A DNA stretch of 39,200 nucleotides from assembly GCA_963757815.1 (NCBI GenBank), contig CAVWSN010000002.1:1-39200 (forward strand), given 5' to 3'. Numbering within the stretch: position 1 is the stretch's first letter; every line of letters begins with the position of its first letter. This DNA comes from an uncultured Thermoleophilaceae bacterium. Its GTDB lineage: Bacteria; Actinomycetota; Thermoleophilia; Solirubrobacterales; Thermoleophilaceae. Of this stretch, positions 28,197 to 37,887 are shown piece by piece. The notes under the pieces are model-generated. The model saw only the letters and a list, made by a program, of their open reading frames with translations. It was not told the DNA's origin and did no database searches. The position numbers were made by a program, and so were the translations under genes.

Positions 28197-29207
28197 CGCG
28201 ATGCCCCCTTCAAGCTTCCGATCGCGAGCGAGCCGTCTCCCGGACGTAGCCTCGGCCGTGGACGATGGAGCGGGGCCTGGCGTCGGCGGGTCGTCGAGGA
28301 AGCCGACGGTGGGCACGAAGAACAGGTTGCCCGTGACCGCCGTGGAGAAATCGAGGATCCGGTCGTAGTTGCCCGGCGGCTTGCCGATGAACATGTTCGT
28401 GAGCATCTGCTCAATCACCTCTGGGTTGCGGGCGTAGCCGAGGAAGTAGGTGCCGAATTCTCCGGCCCCGACGCGGCCGAACGGCATGTTGAAGCGCGTG
28501 ATCTGGAGTTGGTCGCCGTTCTCGTCGACGATTGTGTTCAGCGCCACGTGCGAGTTGGCCGGTTTCACCTCGTCGGGGAGTTCGATGTCGTTGAGCTTGG
28601 TCCGGCCGATCGCGCGCTCCTGTTCCTCGACCGGCAGCGCATCCCAGGCCTCCAGGTCGTGGACGTACTTTTGAACGACGACGTAGCTCCCGCCCGCGAA
28701 CTCCGGGTCCTCGTCACCGATCAGGACTGCGGCAGGCGCCGCTGCTCCCTCTGGGTTCTCGGTGCCGTCGACGAAGCCGAGCAGGTCGCGTTCGTCGAAA
28801 GACCTGAATCCGTGGACCTCATCGACCACGCGCGCGTAAGCGGTGAGCCGCCCGGTCAGCCGTTGCGCGAGCTCGAAGCACAAGTCGAGCCGATGGGCCC
28901 GGATGTGGAACAACAGATCGCCGGGCGTCGTGGGCGCGCTGTGCCTCGGGCCGGCAAACTCGGGAAACGGATGCAGCCCATCAGGACGCGGTGCGCCGAA
29001 CAGCCGATCCCACACCCCAGCGCCGACACCGACGACGCAGGTCAGCTCTCCCTCGGGAATCCGGAAACCCACGGACCGCTTGAGTCCGCTGAGATCCGAT
29101 AGCACATCGCGGACCCCGTCCTCGGCCCCCGAATCCACGGACAGCGTCAGGAAGATCGCCGCCTCGGTGATCGGGGTCAGAATGGCTTGCGGCTCACTCG
29201 CCTGCAT
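28193..29207 (-). CDS. Dye-decolorizing (DyP-type) peroxidase cargo with C-terminal encapsulin-targeting peptide (1-nt frame disruption near 28255)
   Basis: DyP core (…AAIFLTLSV…GFVDGTENP…HVALN…FGTYFLGYA…GNLFFVP). The -1 frame carries the terminal …PGDGSLAIGSLKGASR*, a canonical SLxIGSLKG targeting peptide. Its TGA overlaps the encapsulin ATG (ATGA). SD GGAGG lies before the ATG at 29207. Confidence 0.8.
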
Positions 29208-29495
29208 CACGCCTCCATAGCTCGCGCGCTCGCCAGCCTACCCGGGTTCGCAGCCGGCGACCCGGGCCGACGGCGAGCGTGGCGGGTTCGGGCTGGAGCG
29301 GCGATCAGGCCGAGGCGCTGCCGACGAGAAGGAGGCGGGGGCTACGTGTGCGACGTACCGTGTTGGGCGAATTAGCGGTGGCCGCCACGCGGGCGACGCG
29401 CCAAGGTAGGGCTGGCCTGAATCGCGGTTTGGTGCTGGCCCCGAAGACAGCGTGAGTCGCAGGGGGGATCGTTCTGTGCATGACACGGACCCGCC

Positions 29496-30605
29496 GTGCA
29501 CGTTGGCCGCGCCTCCCGCGCTTTTCCCGCGTGCGCGACCACGACTGGTCCGCCACCCGAGCGCGCCGTCGTCATCGCCGCTCTTACGATCGCGGCGGGC
29601 TCGCTGTTCCTGACGACCTACACCCTGGCGCTCGGCGATCCCGTGCCGCACCGCATCGACGCGGCGCTCGTGGGTGACGGGACGCACCACGAGCGCACGC
29701 TCGAGGCGGTCGAGCAGGTCGCGGGGGGGAGCCTCACCTTCCGGCGGTACAGATCGGTGACGGCCGCGCGCCACGCCATCGATGTCCAGCGGGTCTACGC
29801 CGCGCTCGACCTGACGTCGGAGAGGCCGACGCTCTACGTCGCGAGCGCCGCAGGCGCGTCCGTGGCGCGTCTGCTCGAGCGCGTCCCCGCCAGCGCTCCG
29901 GGGGTGCGGGTCGTCGACACCCACCCGCTGTCCTCGAGCGACCGAACGGTCTCGACATCTTCTATCTCATGCTCGTCGCGACGATCATCGGCTTCCTCAC
30001 GGTGTTCCAGGTCCGCACGAACGCGGGCGGCCTCGGACTTAACCCGTGGACGACGTGGGTCGTGGGCTTCGCGCTCGCGGCGGCGCTCGCCCTCACGCTC
30101 GTGGTCGGACCGGTTCTGGACAGGTTCCACGTGCCGGTGGTGGAGACCTGGGGCATCCTCGCGCTCCACATCTTGGCCGTCGCATCGTTCGCGTCGGTCA
30201 TGACGGTGCTGGTGGGCCGGTGGGCGATCCTCCCGGTCTGGCTCTTCTTCGTCGTGCTGGGCAACAGCGCTTGCGGCGGGGCCGTCTCGCCGCCCCTGCT
30301 GCCCGGGCCCGTTCGCGTTCATCTCGCAGTGGCTGCCATCAGGCGCGACGGTCACCTCGCTTCGCGACGCGATCTATTTCCCCGGCTTCCAGCACGCACG
30401 CCCGATCCTGGTCCTCGCGGCGTGGGCGGCGACGCTCTTCGCCGCGATGCAGCTCGCGTCGCAGCGCCGCCGGACGAGCCCGGGCGGTGTGATCGAGCCG
30501 AACGGGCTCGCTGGGGGTTATCCGGAACCGCAAACGGCGGCTGGCCGCGATGACCACGAGGTGCTCGGGCGGCTCGCAGAGCGAGCAAACGCCGAGACCG
30601 TCTAA
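29496..30605 (+). CDS. DUF3533 / YhgE-Pip-like integral membrane protein (two apparent frameshifts near 29945 and 30310)
   Basis: N-terminal TM (VVIAALTIAAGSLFLTTYTL), extracytoplasmic segment, then 5 TMs (…IFYLMLVATIIGFLTVFQV… / …FAFISQWLPSGATVTSLRDAIYFPGF…). Reconstructed from 3 ORF frames. Confidence 0.45.
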
Positions 30606-30787
30606 CAAACCCATCGTGGGCCTGCGCGCCGATTGCGTGAGGGCCCGCGATCGAGGACGATAGGTAGGTGACCGCAATCAACCGGGAGCAGCGGAGGCTC
30701 GGCGCGATACCGGGCGAGCCGGCGCTGGGCCGCGGTCGGTCCCGCGAGCGTCGTAGTCGAGGTGACGCCGTCGCGAATGGGGGAGAC

Positions 30788-31807
30788 TCAGGGTTCGCGG
30801 GGGAGCGAGCCCGCGACGTCTCCGGGAGAGCGGTGAGCCGCGTCCGCGGTGTCGGCTTGGACGGGAGAGCCGCTCACCACGAGGCGCCAAATCAGGATCA
30901 CTCCCACCACAGGCGTGCCGATCCCCAGTAGCCAGAAGGCCAATTGCGTGTCTATCTCGGCGACCATCCATTCGAAGTTCATCCCGAAGAACCCGGTGAT
31001 GAAGGTGAGCGGCAGGAAGATGGTCGCCACGACCGTCAGCCAGTACGACGTCTCGTTCAGCCGTAGGTCGATCAGCGTTGCCATCGCCTCCGCGGCGGCG
31101 TCGATCGCTTCCACCAAGCGATTGATCTGTCCGCCTATGTGGTCGAAGTAGCGTTCGTCGTCGGCCTCGAGACCCTGCAGCCGCCCGATCTCCACACCGA
31201 TCCGCTCAAAGAGGCCGCGCTGGAGCCCTACCCGGCGCCTCATTCTCGAAAGCTGCGAGCTGATCGCCCTCAGCGTCGCCATCCGCAACCGACCGGCACG
31301 CAGGTCGGTCGACATCACCGCCAGGTCGTCCAGCGTGAGCTCGACCTCGTTCAGCGCGTCGAAAGCGGTGGCGACCATGGCCTCGAGGACCGCGTAGACG
31401 ACGTATTGCTCGCTGCGCCCCGCGGGGAGAGTCGGGGCGAGCAGCTCCGGCAGCTTCACCCGTTCCTGGTGAAGCGTCAGCAGGTAGTCGCTAGTGACCA
31501 GGACGTGGACTTCGATCGGGTGCAGCCGGTAGAGGCTCCCATCCGCAGAATCGGGCCGCTCCAGATAGCAGCTAAAGGCGAAGACGACCTGCTGTCCGTC
31601 GGCGTGGAACTTGCGCGAGGAGTATTGGGCGTGCCCGAAACCGAGTAGAGCCTGAAGCGCGCCCTCGGAAATGCCCAACGCCTCGCCCAGATCGTGTGGG
31701 CTCGTCTCGCTCAGCGGGACGTCGATCCAGAAGAAGCGCCCACTCTTGCGCAGCGCGTCGATCCGGTCTCGCTCAGCGTCGCGGAGCCCGTTGACGATCT
31801 CGGTCAC
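30788..31807 (-). CDS. corA: CorA-family Mg2+/Co2+ transporter
   Basis: 339 aa. Two C-terminal TMs carrying the GMN motif (FFGMNFEW). Confidence 0.8.
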   Translation of the reverse strand: MTEIVNGLRDAERDRIDALRKSGRFFWIDVPLSETSPHDLGEALGISEGALQALLGFGHAQYSSRKFHADGQQVVFAFSCYLERPDSADGSLYRLHPIEVHVLVTSDYLLTLHQERVKLPELLAPTLPAGRSEQYVVYAVLEAMVATAFDALNEVELTLDDLAVMSTDLRAGRLRMATLRAISSQLSRMRRRVGLQRGLFERIGVEIGRLQGLEADDERYFDHIGGQINRLVEAIDAAAEAMATLIDLRLNETSYWLTVVATIFLPLTFITGFFGMNFEWMVAEIDTQLAFWLLGIGTPVVGVILIWRLVVSGSPVQADTADAAHRSPGDVAGSLPREP

Positions 31808-31856
31808 GCCGCCCGAGACTACGGTCGAGCGAAGACGGCTTCATCTCGCTGCCCGG

Positions 31857-33506
31857 TCACCCCAGCGGACCCCCGCCCCGCTCGGGCTCGGCTACGGAGA
31901 GCGTCACAGATGACGGCCGTGCTTCGTCGTGGAAGATCTCCTGGTCGGCGGCGAGCAGGCGCGTCGCCCGGAGAGGATCCTCACCTGTGCCGGGGTTGCG
32001 CGCGTAGCGCGGGTGTGCGCCGCTCGACACCTGAACGCGGATGCGATGGCCGGCGGCGAAGCGGTGGGCGCTCGGCCAGAGCTCGAACCGGACCGCGGCG
32101 ACGCCGTCGCCGTCGCGCGGGGGTTGGCCGGGAGTCAGCCGTATCAGCGCGTCGCAAACGTTCAGCGAGGCACCGTCCGGCTGGACGTCGCAAACGCGCA
32201 CGAACACGTCGGTGTCGTCGCGGCTGGAGCGCAGCCTGATGTCGGCGCGGACGGGTCCCAGCGCGTCGAGGTCCGTGTCGAGCGGCGCGCGAGTGAAGGT
32301 GAGCACGTCGGGGCGTGCCTCGAGCGGGCGGTTGTCGCGGACCGGCTCGCGCTCGAGCAGCGTGGCGCCGCCGAGTGCAGGCGTGGGGTCGGCGGGGTCG
32401 TAGCGGTAGCGGCTCGGGTGCGCCGCCACTGCCGGCGGCGACTCGGACAGCCCGCCGCCCGGCTGCAGGTAGAACGTCCGCTCGCGCACGCCGGGCGGGG
32501 GCCAGTCGGGCAGCTGGCGCCAGCGCCGCTCGCCGGTCACGTAGACGCGCACTGGGGCGTCGCGCACCATCCGAGCGTCGCCGAGCAGGTGCGCGCGCAT
32601 CCAGGCGATGCCCTCGCGAAGACCGACGCCGAGCAGGGCCGGCGACGTGTGCGTCCAGGGGCCGATGATCAACTGCGGGTCACGGCCCGCCGCACGCAGG
32701 GCGCGGAAGTCCTCGACCATCCACGGCAGGAAGATGTCGTACCAGCCGCCGACGAGCTGCACCGGCGCATCGACGTCGCCGACCGAGGACGAGAAGTCGC
32801 GCTCCGCCCAGTACGGGCTGTCGGGAGACATCGCCTCCATCCACTCCCGGAAGTAGGGGATCTCGGTGCCGAACGCGCGCCGGTCGAGCTCCTCGATCGG
32901 CACCTGCTCCTCGTACAGTCTCGGCAGCGTCCGGCGCAGCCCGTGCGCGAGCAGCAGTGGAGCCAGGCGCCGCTCTTGGACCTGCAGCACGAGCGTCCAC
33001 GACAGCGCCGTGTCGAGCGAGATGCTGCCGCTGCCGAGCGCCATTCCGCGGAACTGCGACGCGGTCGCCTGCGGCGCGAGCGCATCCAGCTCGTCCGCGA
33101 TCGCCCACTGCACCAGCCCCATGTAGCTCGGGCCGATTCCGCCGACGGGACCGGCGTGCCACGGCTGCTCGCGCAGCCAGCGGAGCGTGGCGAGCCCGTC
33201 GGCGCGCTCATTGAAAGGGTCGAACCGCCCACCGGAGCCGAACGTCCCGCGCGTGCTCTGGACCACGACCTGAAGACCGCGCTCGGCGATCAGCCGCCCG
33301 AACAGGAAGCCGAATGCGCCGCGCCCGTACGGCGAGCGCACCAGCACCGTGGCTGCCGGCCCACCGCCGGGCGGGGCGTAGCGGTCGGCGAGCAGAACGA
33401 CGCCGTCGTCCATCCTGACGGGAAGGTCGCGGTCGACCACGAGCTCCCGCGTAGCCGGCGCGGGCAGCCGGAGAAGCCGGCCGGCAATCTCGCTGAGCAG
33501 CGCCAC
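31857..33506 (-). CDS. CocE/NonD-family alpha/beta hydrolase (Xaa-Pro dipeptidyl-peptidase S15-like)
   Basis: …VRMDDGVVLLADRYAPPG…SPYGRG…GPSYMGLVQW (nucleophile elbow) plus C-terminal beta-sandwich domain. Start codon approximate. Confidence 0.7.
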   Translation of the reverse strand: MALLSEIAGRLLRLPAPATRELVVDRDLPVRMDDGVVLLADRYAPPGGGPAATVLVRSPYGRGAFGFLFGRLIAERGLQVVVQSTRGTFGSGGRFDPFNERADGLATLRWLREQPWHAGPVGGIGPSYMGLVQWAIADELDALAPQATASQFRGMALGSGSISLDTALSWTLVLQVQERRLAPLLLAHGLRRTLPRLYEEQVPIEELDRRAFGTEIPYFREWMEAMSPDSPYWAERDFSSSVGDVDAPVQLVGGWYDIFLPWMVEDFRALRAAGRDPQLIIGPWTHTSPALLGVGLREGIAWMRAHLLGDARMVRDAPVRVYVTGERRWRQLPDWPPPGVRERTFYLQPGGGLSESPPAVAAHPSRYRYDPADPTPALGGATLLEREPVRDNRPLEARPDVLTFTRAPLDTDLDALGPVRADIRLRSSRDDTDVFVRVCDVQPDGASLNVCDALIRLTPGQPPRDGDGVAAVRFELWPSAHRFAAGHRIRVQVSSGAHPRYARNPGTGEDPLRATRLLAADQEIFHDEARPSSVTLSVAEPERGGGPLG

Positions 33507-33647
33507 CGTCGAAGCATGACGGGCGCGAGAACGGCCGCCGTGGATGCGGCCGCTACCTCCCCCGTAGTAAGCGAAGGAGTCAACCCCGGGGCGACGACAA
33601 GGACGCGCGCGTGAGAAAGACTTGATCCCTCTGGGAGCTAGCCACGG

Positions 33648-33986
33648 GTGGAGACAATGGATGACCACAGCGAACAAACCCGCTACGTGCCACACCAGGA
33701 TCTGCACGTCTGCGTCGAGTGCTCGTCACGCCTGGTCTACCCGGTCCAGTGGGAGGAGTCGGGCCCGGAAGACTGGTACGTGCTGCTGCATTGCCCGAAC
33801 TGCGACGTCTACCGCCAGGGCATCCACAGCCAGCACACGGTCGATGCGTTCGAGGAGGAGCTCAGCCGCGGCGCCGGGGCCCTCGCCCGTGACTACGCGT
33901 GCGTGGTGCGCGCGAACATGGCCGGGGAGATCGAGCGGTTCGTGCGTGCGTTGAACGCAGACGTGATCCTCCCCGAAGACTTCTAA
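33648..33986 (+). CDS. Small zinc-ribbon (CxxC…CxxC) hypothetical protein
   Basis: 112 aa, ATG start. CVEC…CPNC. Confidence 0.5.
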   Translation: METMDDHSEQTRYVPHQDLHVCVECSSRLVYPVQWEESGPEDWYVLLHCPNCDVYRQGIHSQHTVDAFEEELSRGAGALARDYACVVRANMAGEIERFVRALNADVILPEDF

Positions 33987-34112
33987 ATCTGCGGCATCTC
34001 CGTGGAGAGCGGATGCCCCTACTTCCCGGGGTAGCCGACGTAGTTCGAGTGGACGCAGAACGTAGGCTCCCTGGACGATCGTTCTCGTAATCGCAACTCC
34101 GGCAAGTCGGGC

Positions 34113-36175
34113 ATGACGGGTCGCGGGTTCGCCTTGGCGCGCCACACTGCGCAAGCGGGCCTGATCACGGGTGCCGTTGCGATCGCGGTCGTAAGCGTCC
34201 TGATCGCCGCGCTCAAGCGGATTGCCGATCCGCTTGGTCTCACCGGCTTGTACCTCTTCGCGATCCTTCCGGTCGCGATCGGTTGGGGCTTTGTGGTCGC
34301 CGGGGTCGTCGCGATCGCATCTTTCCTGACGTTTGCGTTCTTCTTCACCCCTCCGTTGCACAGCTTCCACATCGCTGAGGCGGACACCGCGGCGGCCCTC
34401 GTGATCGCGCTTGTTACCGCGTACGTCGTCAGCGAGCTCGCGCGGCGAGCGAACGAGCGTGCCCGCGAGGCGCGGTTGCGCGCCCACGAGGCTGAGCAGG
34501 CACAGAAGGAGCTCGGCGGGCTCGCCGACGAGCAGGCGGCGCTGCGGCGCGTCGCGACGCTGGTGGCGCAGGCGGTGCCGACCACCGACGTGTTGGAGGC
34601 CGTCACCCGCGAGGTGGGGCTGCGATGCGGCGCCGACCTTGCTCGCATGGAGCGCTTCGAACCGGATCGCACGGTCACTGCGATCGCCGCGTGGAGCCGG
34701 AGTGGCGAGGCTGAACTGGCCGTCGGCACGCGGCTCGCTCTGGAGGGGGCGAGCATCGCCGCGCAGGTGCACGAGACCGGCCGGCCGACCCGCGTGGACA
34801 GCTTCGCGGGCGCGTCGGGGCCGATCGCACGTGAGGCTCAGGCGCTGGGCATCCGCTCATCGGTTGGCTGTCCGATCGTGGTCGGCGGGCGGACTTGGGG
34901 AGTGATCGCCGCGTCCACGATGCACGACGAGCCGTTTCCCCCGGACACGGAGTCGCGGATCGCGGAGTTCACCGAGCTCGCGGCCACCGCGATCGCGAAC
35001 GCGGAGGCGCGCGATGAGCTGCGCCGGGTGGCCGACGAGCAGGCCGCCCTGCGGCGCGTGGCGACGCTCGTCGCGCGCGCCGCGCCGCCGCCGGCGGTGT
35101 TCGCGGCGGTCGCCGAGGAGGTCGGCCGGCTGCTGTCCGCAGACATCGCCGCCTTAACTCGTTACGACGCGGAGGACACCGTTACGGTCGCCGCCGCGTG
35201 GAGCGCGACCGGCGATGCCGTGCCGGTCGGACTCCGGAGTCGCGTCGATGAAGGCCCCTCCGTCACCAAGCGCGTGCGCGAGACCGGCCGTGCGGCACGG
35301 ATAGACCAGTACACCGACGCCTCCGGCGACGTCCGCGCGACTACGACCATTTTCGGGATCCGCTCCACCGTTGGCGCGCCGATCACCGTCGAGGGACGGC
35401 CGTGGGGGGTGATCGTCGTCGCGTCGACCGGCGACGAGCCTCCGCCGCCGGGAACGGAGGCGCGCCTGGGCGGATTTGCGGAGCTCGTCGCCACCGCGAT
35501 CGCCAACGCCGAGAGCCAGGCCGAGTTGAGGGCGTCGCGAGCGCGCATCGTCGCCACCGCCGACGAGACGAGGCGCCGGATCGAGCGCGACCTGCACGAC
35601 GGAGCCCAGCAACGGCTCGTCGCGCTCGGGCTCCAGCTGCGGGGGGCTCAGGCGGATGTACCACCGGAGCTCGGCGAGCTCGGGACGGAGCTCGAGGACA
35701 TCGCCGCCGGGATCACGGACGTGCTTGACGAGGTGCGCGAGATGGCGCGCGGGATCCACCCGGCGATTCTGGCAAGGGGCGGGCTCGGTCCGGCGCTGAA
35801 GACGCTGGCACGCCGCTCCGCTGTCCCAGTCGCGTTGGACGTCCGTACGGAGAGGCGGCTGCCCGAGGAGATCGAGGTCGGCGCGTACTACGTCGTCTCG
35901 GAGGCGCTGACGAACGCGGCGAAGCATGCGCGCGCCTTGTCCGTCGCCGTCGAGGTCGAGGCCGTGAACGGCGTCCTTCGCGTCTCCGTCCAGGACGACG
36001 GCGTCGGCGGCGCCGACTTCGCGCGCGGGTCGGGCCTCGTCGGCCTCAAGGATCGCGTAGAGGCTCTCGGCGGCCGGATCGCCGTCGAGAGCGCGCCCGA
36101 CACTGGCACGGCGGTTCACGTCGAACTTCCGCTCTCCGGCGAGCCGGAGTCTCCAGCTGATCCGATCGGTCCGCT
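34113..36175 (+). CDS. Sensor histidine kinase: KdpD-like DUF4118 membrane domain, 2x GAF, HisKA_3, HATPase_c (orphan; 3' end uncertain)
   Basis: TM block (…LYLFAILPVAIGWGFVVAGVVAIASFLTFAFFFTPP). Two GAF-like repeats, each preceded by ADEQAALRRVATLVA. H-box ERDLHDGAQQRLVAL. N/G boxes (…VVSEALTNAAKHA…GLVGLKDRVEALGGR). The open frame runs to 36383 as an Arg-rich tail antisense to the convergent gene, so the true stop is probably near 36160-36180. Confidence 0.75.
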
Positions 36176-36180
36176 AGGAC

Positions 36181-37887
36181 CTACGCCTGCAGCACCTGGT
36201 GTGCAAACCGCACAGCCAGCGAGCCGTCGCCGACGGCGCCCGCGACGCGCTTCGTCGCCGCGGCGCGGACGTCGCCCGCGGCGAAGACGCCCGGCCAGAC
36301 CGTCTCGAGCAGATGGGGCTGCCGGTCCCCGAGCGGCCAACGGTACGGCCCCTCACACGCCGCGGCGGCCTGGCCGCACTTGATGTAGCCGGCCTCGTCG
36401 AGGTCGAGCATCAGCTGCACCGCCTCGGTGCACGGCTCGGCGCCGATCATCACGAACACGGCCGAGGTTTCGACGCGGTCAACGCTCCCGTCGTCGCGGT
36501 TGCGCAGGTCGGCGTACTCGAGACGGCCGTTGCCGTCCACGGCGCTGACCTCCGTGCGGGTCATGACCTCGATGTTGGGGCGGGACTCGATGCGCTCGAG
36601 CAGGTAGCGGGACATCGTCGATGCCAGGCCGTCGTCACGGATGACGACGCGGATGCTCCGCGCAGTGCGCGAGAGGTGCGCCGCCGCCTGCCCGGCGGAG
36701 TTGCCGCCCCCGACCACGATCACGTCCTCGTCGCGGCATCGCTCGGCGTCGGACGCCATGACCGCGTAGTACACGCCCGCGCCAGAGAAGCGCTCGACGT
36801 TGGCGGCCGAGAGCGTGCGCCAGCGTGCGCCGGTCGCGACGATGACCGTGCGGGCGAGCGCGTGCTGGCCGTCGTCGAGATCGATGCGGACGAGGCCCTC
36901 CGTGCCGCGCGCGAGCTCGACTGCACGGTGGAAGCTCGAGAGGACGGCATCGAAGCGGCGCGCCTGCAGCGTGGCCTTGCGCGTCAGCTCGCTGCCGGAG
37001 ATCCCGGTGGGGAAGCCGATGTAGTTCTCGATCCGAGTGCTGGTGCCGGCCTGTCCGCCCGGCGCCCATGCCTCGGCCACGAGCGTGCGCAGGCCCTCGG
37101 ACCCGCCGTAGACCGCCGCGGCGAGCCCGGCGGGCCCGCCGCCGAGCACGACCACGTCGAACCGCTCGCCGTCGACCTCCGCGCGCAGGCCGAGCTCGCG
37201 GGCGACCTGGGCGGCCGAGGGGTTGCGCAGCACGGCGGTGTTGCGCACGAGAACCGGCGTCTCCTCGCGAGGGATCTGAAGCCAGTCGAGCATCGGCGCG
37301 CTCTCGGGGTCGGTGTCGACGTCGTACCAGCGCACTGGGATGAGATTCCGCTCGAGCAGGTCGCGCACCTCGAACGCGCGCCGCGAGCCGCGCGGCGCGA
37401 TCAGCCGCAGCACGCCGTACCCGTGCTCCGCGTGCCACTCCCTGCGCGCCATCATCGTGCGCAGGACGAGCTCGGCCATCTCGGGCCAGGCCGCGAGCAT
37501 CGCGCGCAGCTCCGAGCGGTCGAAGGAGATCACGTCGGTCTGCTCGTCCGCGACGCATTCGGCGATCGCCGGCTCGCCGGTGAAGGTCGCGATGTCGCCG
37601 AGAAACGTGCCCGCATCGGCCTCGGCGATCCAGACGTCCTTGCCCGGCTTGCGGTCGAGCACCCGCACCCTGCCGCGCTCGATGACGAGGAACGGAGCAT
37701 CGCGCTGGCCCTGCACGTACAGGGCTTCGCCCGGGGCGAACGTCCGGCGCGTGCCCAGCCTCGCAAACTTCTCGATCTTCGCCTCGGACAGGCGCGGATA
37801 CATCACCTCGTCGTCGAGGTCCGGGAAGTGCTCCGCGCGAATCTGCCTGGGTGTCGCCGTCTGTTCGGTCGCCACGCTGTCCGTCAA
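36181..37887 (-). CDS. Cyclic-nucleotide-binding domain fused to thioredoxin-reductase-like FAD/NAD(P) oxidoreductase (no CxxC active site)
   Basis: N-terminal cNMP-binding fold (…FAPGEALYVQGQRDAPFLVIERGRVRV…). Two Rossmann dinucleotide motifs (VVVLGGGPAGLAAAVY; VIVVGGGNSAGQAAAHL) and GVFAAGDV. Where TrxR has CATCDG this protein has …AVMASDAERC…. Confidence 0.8.
   Translation of the reverse strand: MTDSVATEQTATPRQIRAEHFPDLDDEVMYPRLSEAKIEKFARLGTRRTFAPGEALYVQGQRDAPFLVIERGRVRVLDRKPGKDVWIAEADAGTFLGDIATFTGEPAIAECVADEQTDVISFDRSELRAMLAAWPEMAELVLRTMMARREWHAEHGYGVLRLIAPRGSRRAFEVRDLLERNLIPVRWYDVDTDPESAPMLDWLQIPREETPVLVRNTAVLRNPSAAQVARELGLRAEVDGERFDVVVLGGGPAGLAAAVYGGSEGLRTLVAEAWAPGGQAGTSTRIENYIGFPTGISGSELTRKATLQARRFDAVLSSFHRAVELARGTEGLVRIDLDDGQHALARTVIVATGARWRTLSAANVERFSGAGVYYAVMASDAERCRDEDVIVVGGGNSAGQAAAHLSRTARSIRVVIRDDGLASTMSRYLLERIESRPNIEVMTRTEVSAVDGNGRLEYADLRNRDDGSVDRVETSAVFVMIGAEPCTEAVQLMLDLDEAGYIKCGQAAAACEGPYRWPLGDRQPHLLETVWPGVFAAGDVRAAATKRVAGAVGDGSLAVRFAHQVLQA

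Noticed and set aside
27396-29210. 604-aa DyP-encapsulin fusion protein
   Set aside because: The alternative frame contains a canonical SLAIGSLKG targeting peptide. That frame ends in a stop overlapping the encapsulin ATG, so a 1-nt indel explains the apparent fusion better.
31929-33614. 561-aa plus-strand ORF
   Set aside because: Antisense to the CocE/NonD hydrolase. Arg/Ala-rich with no motifs.
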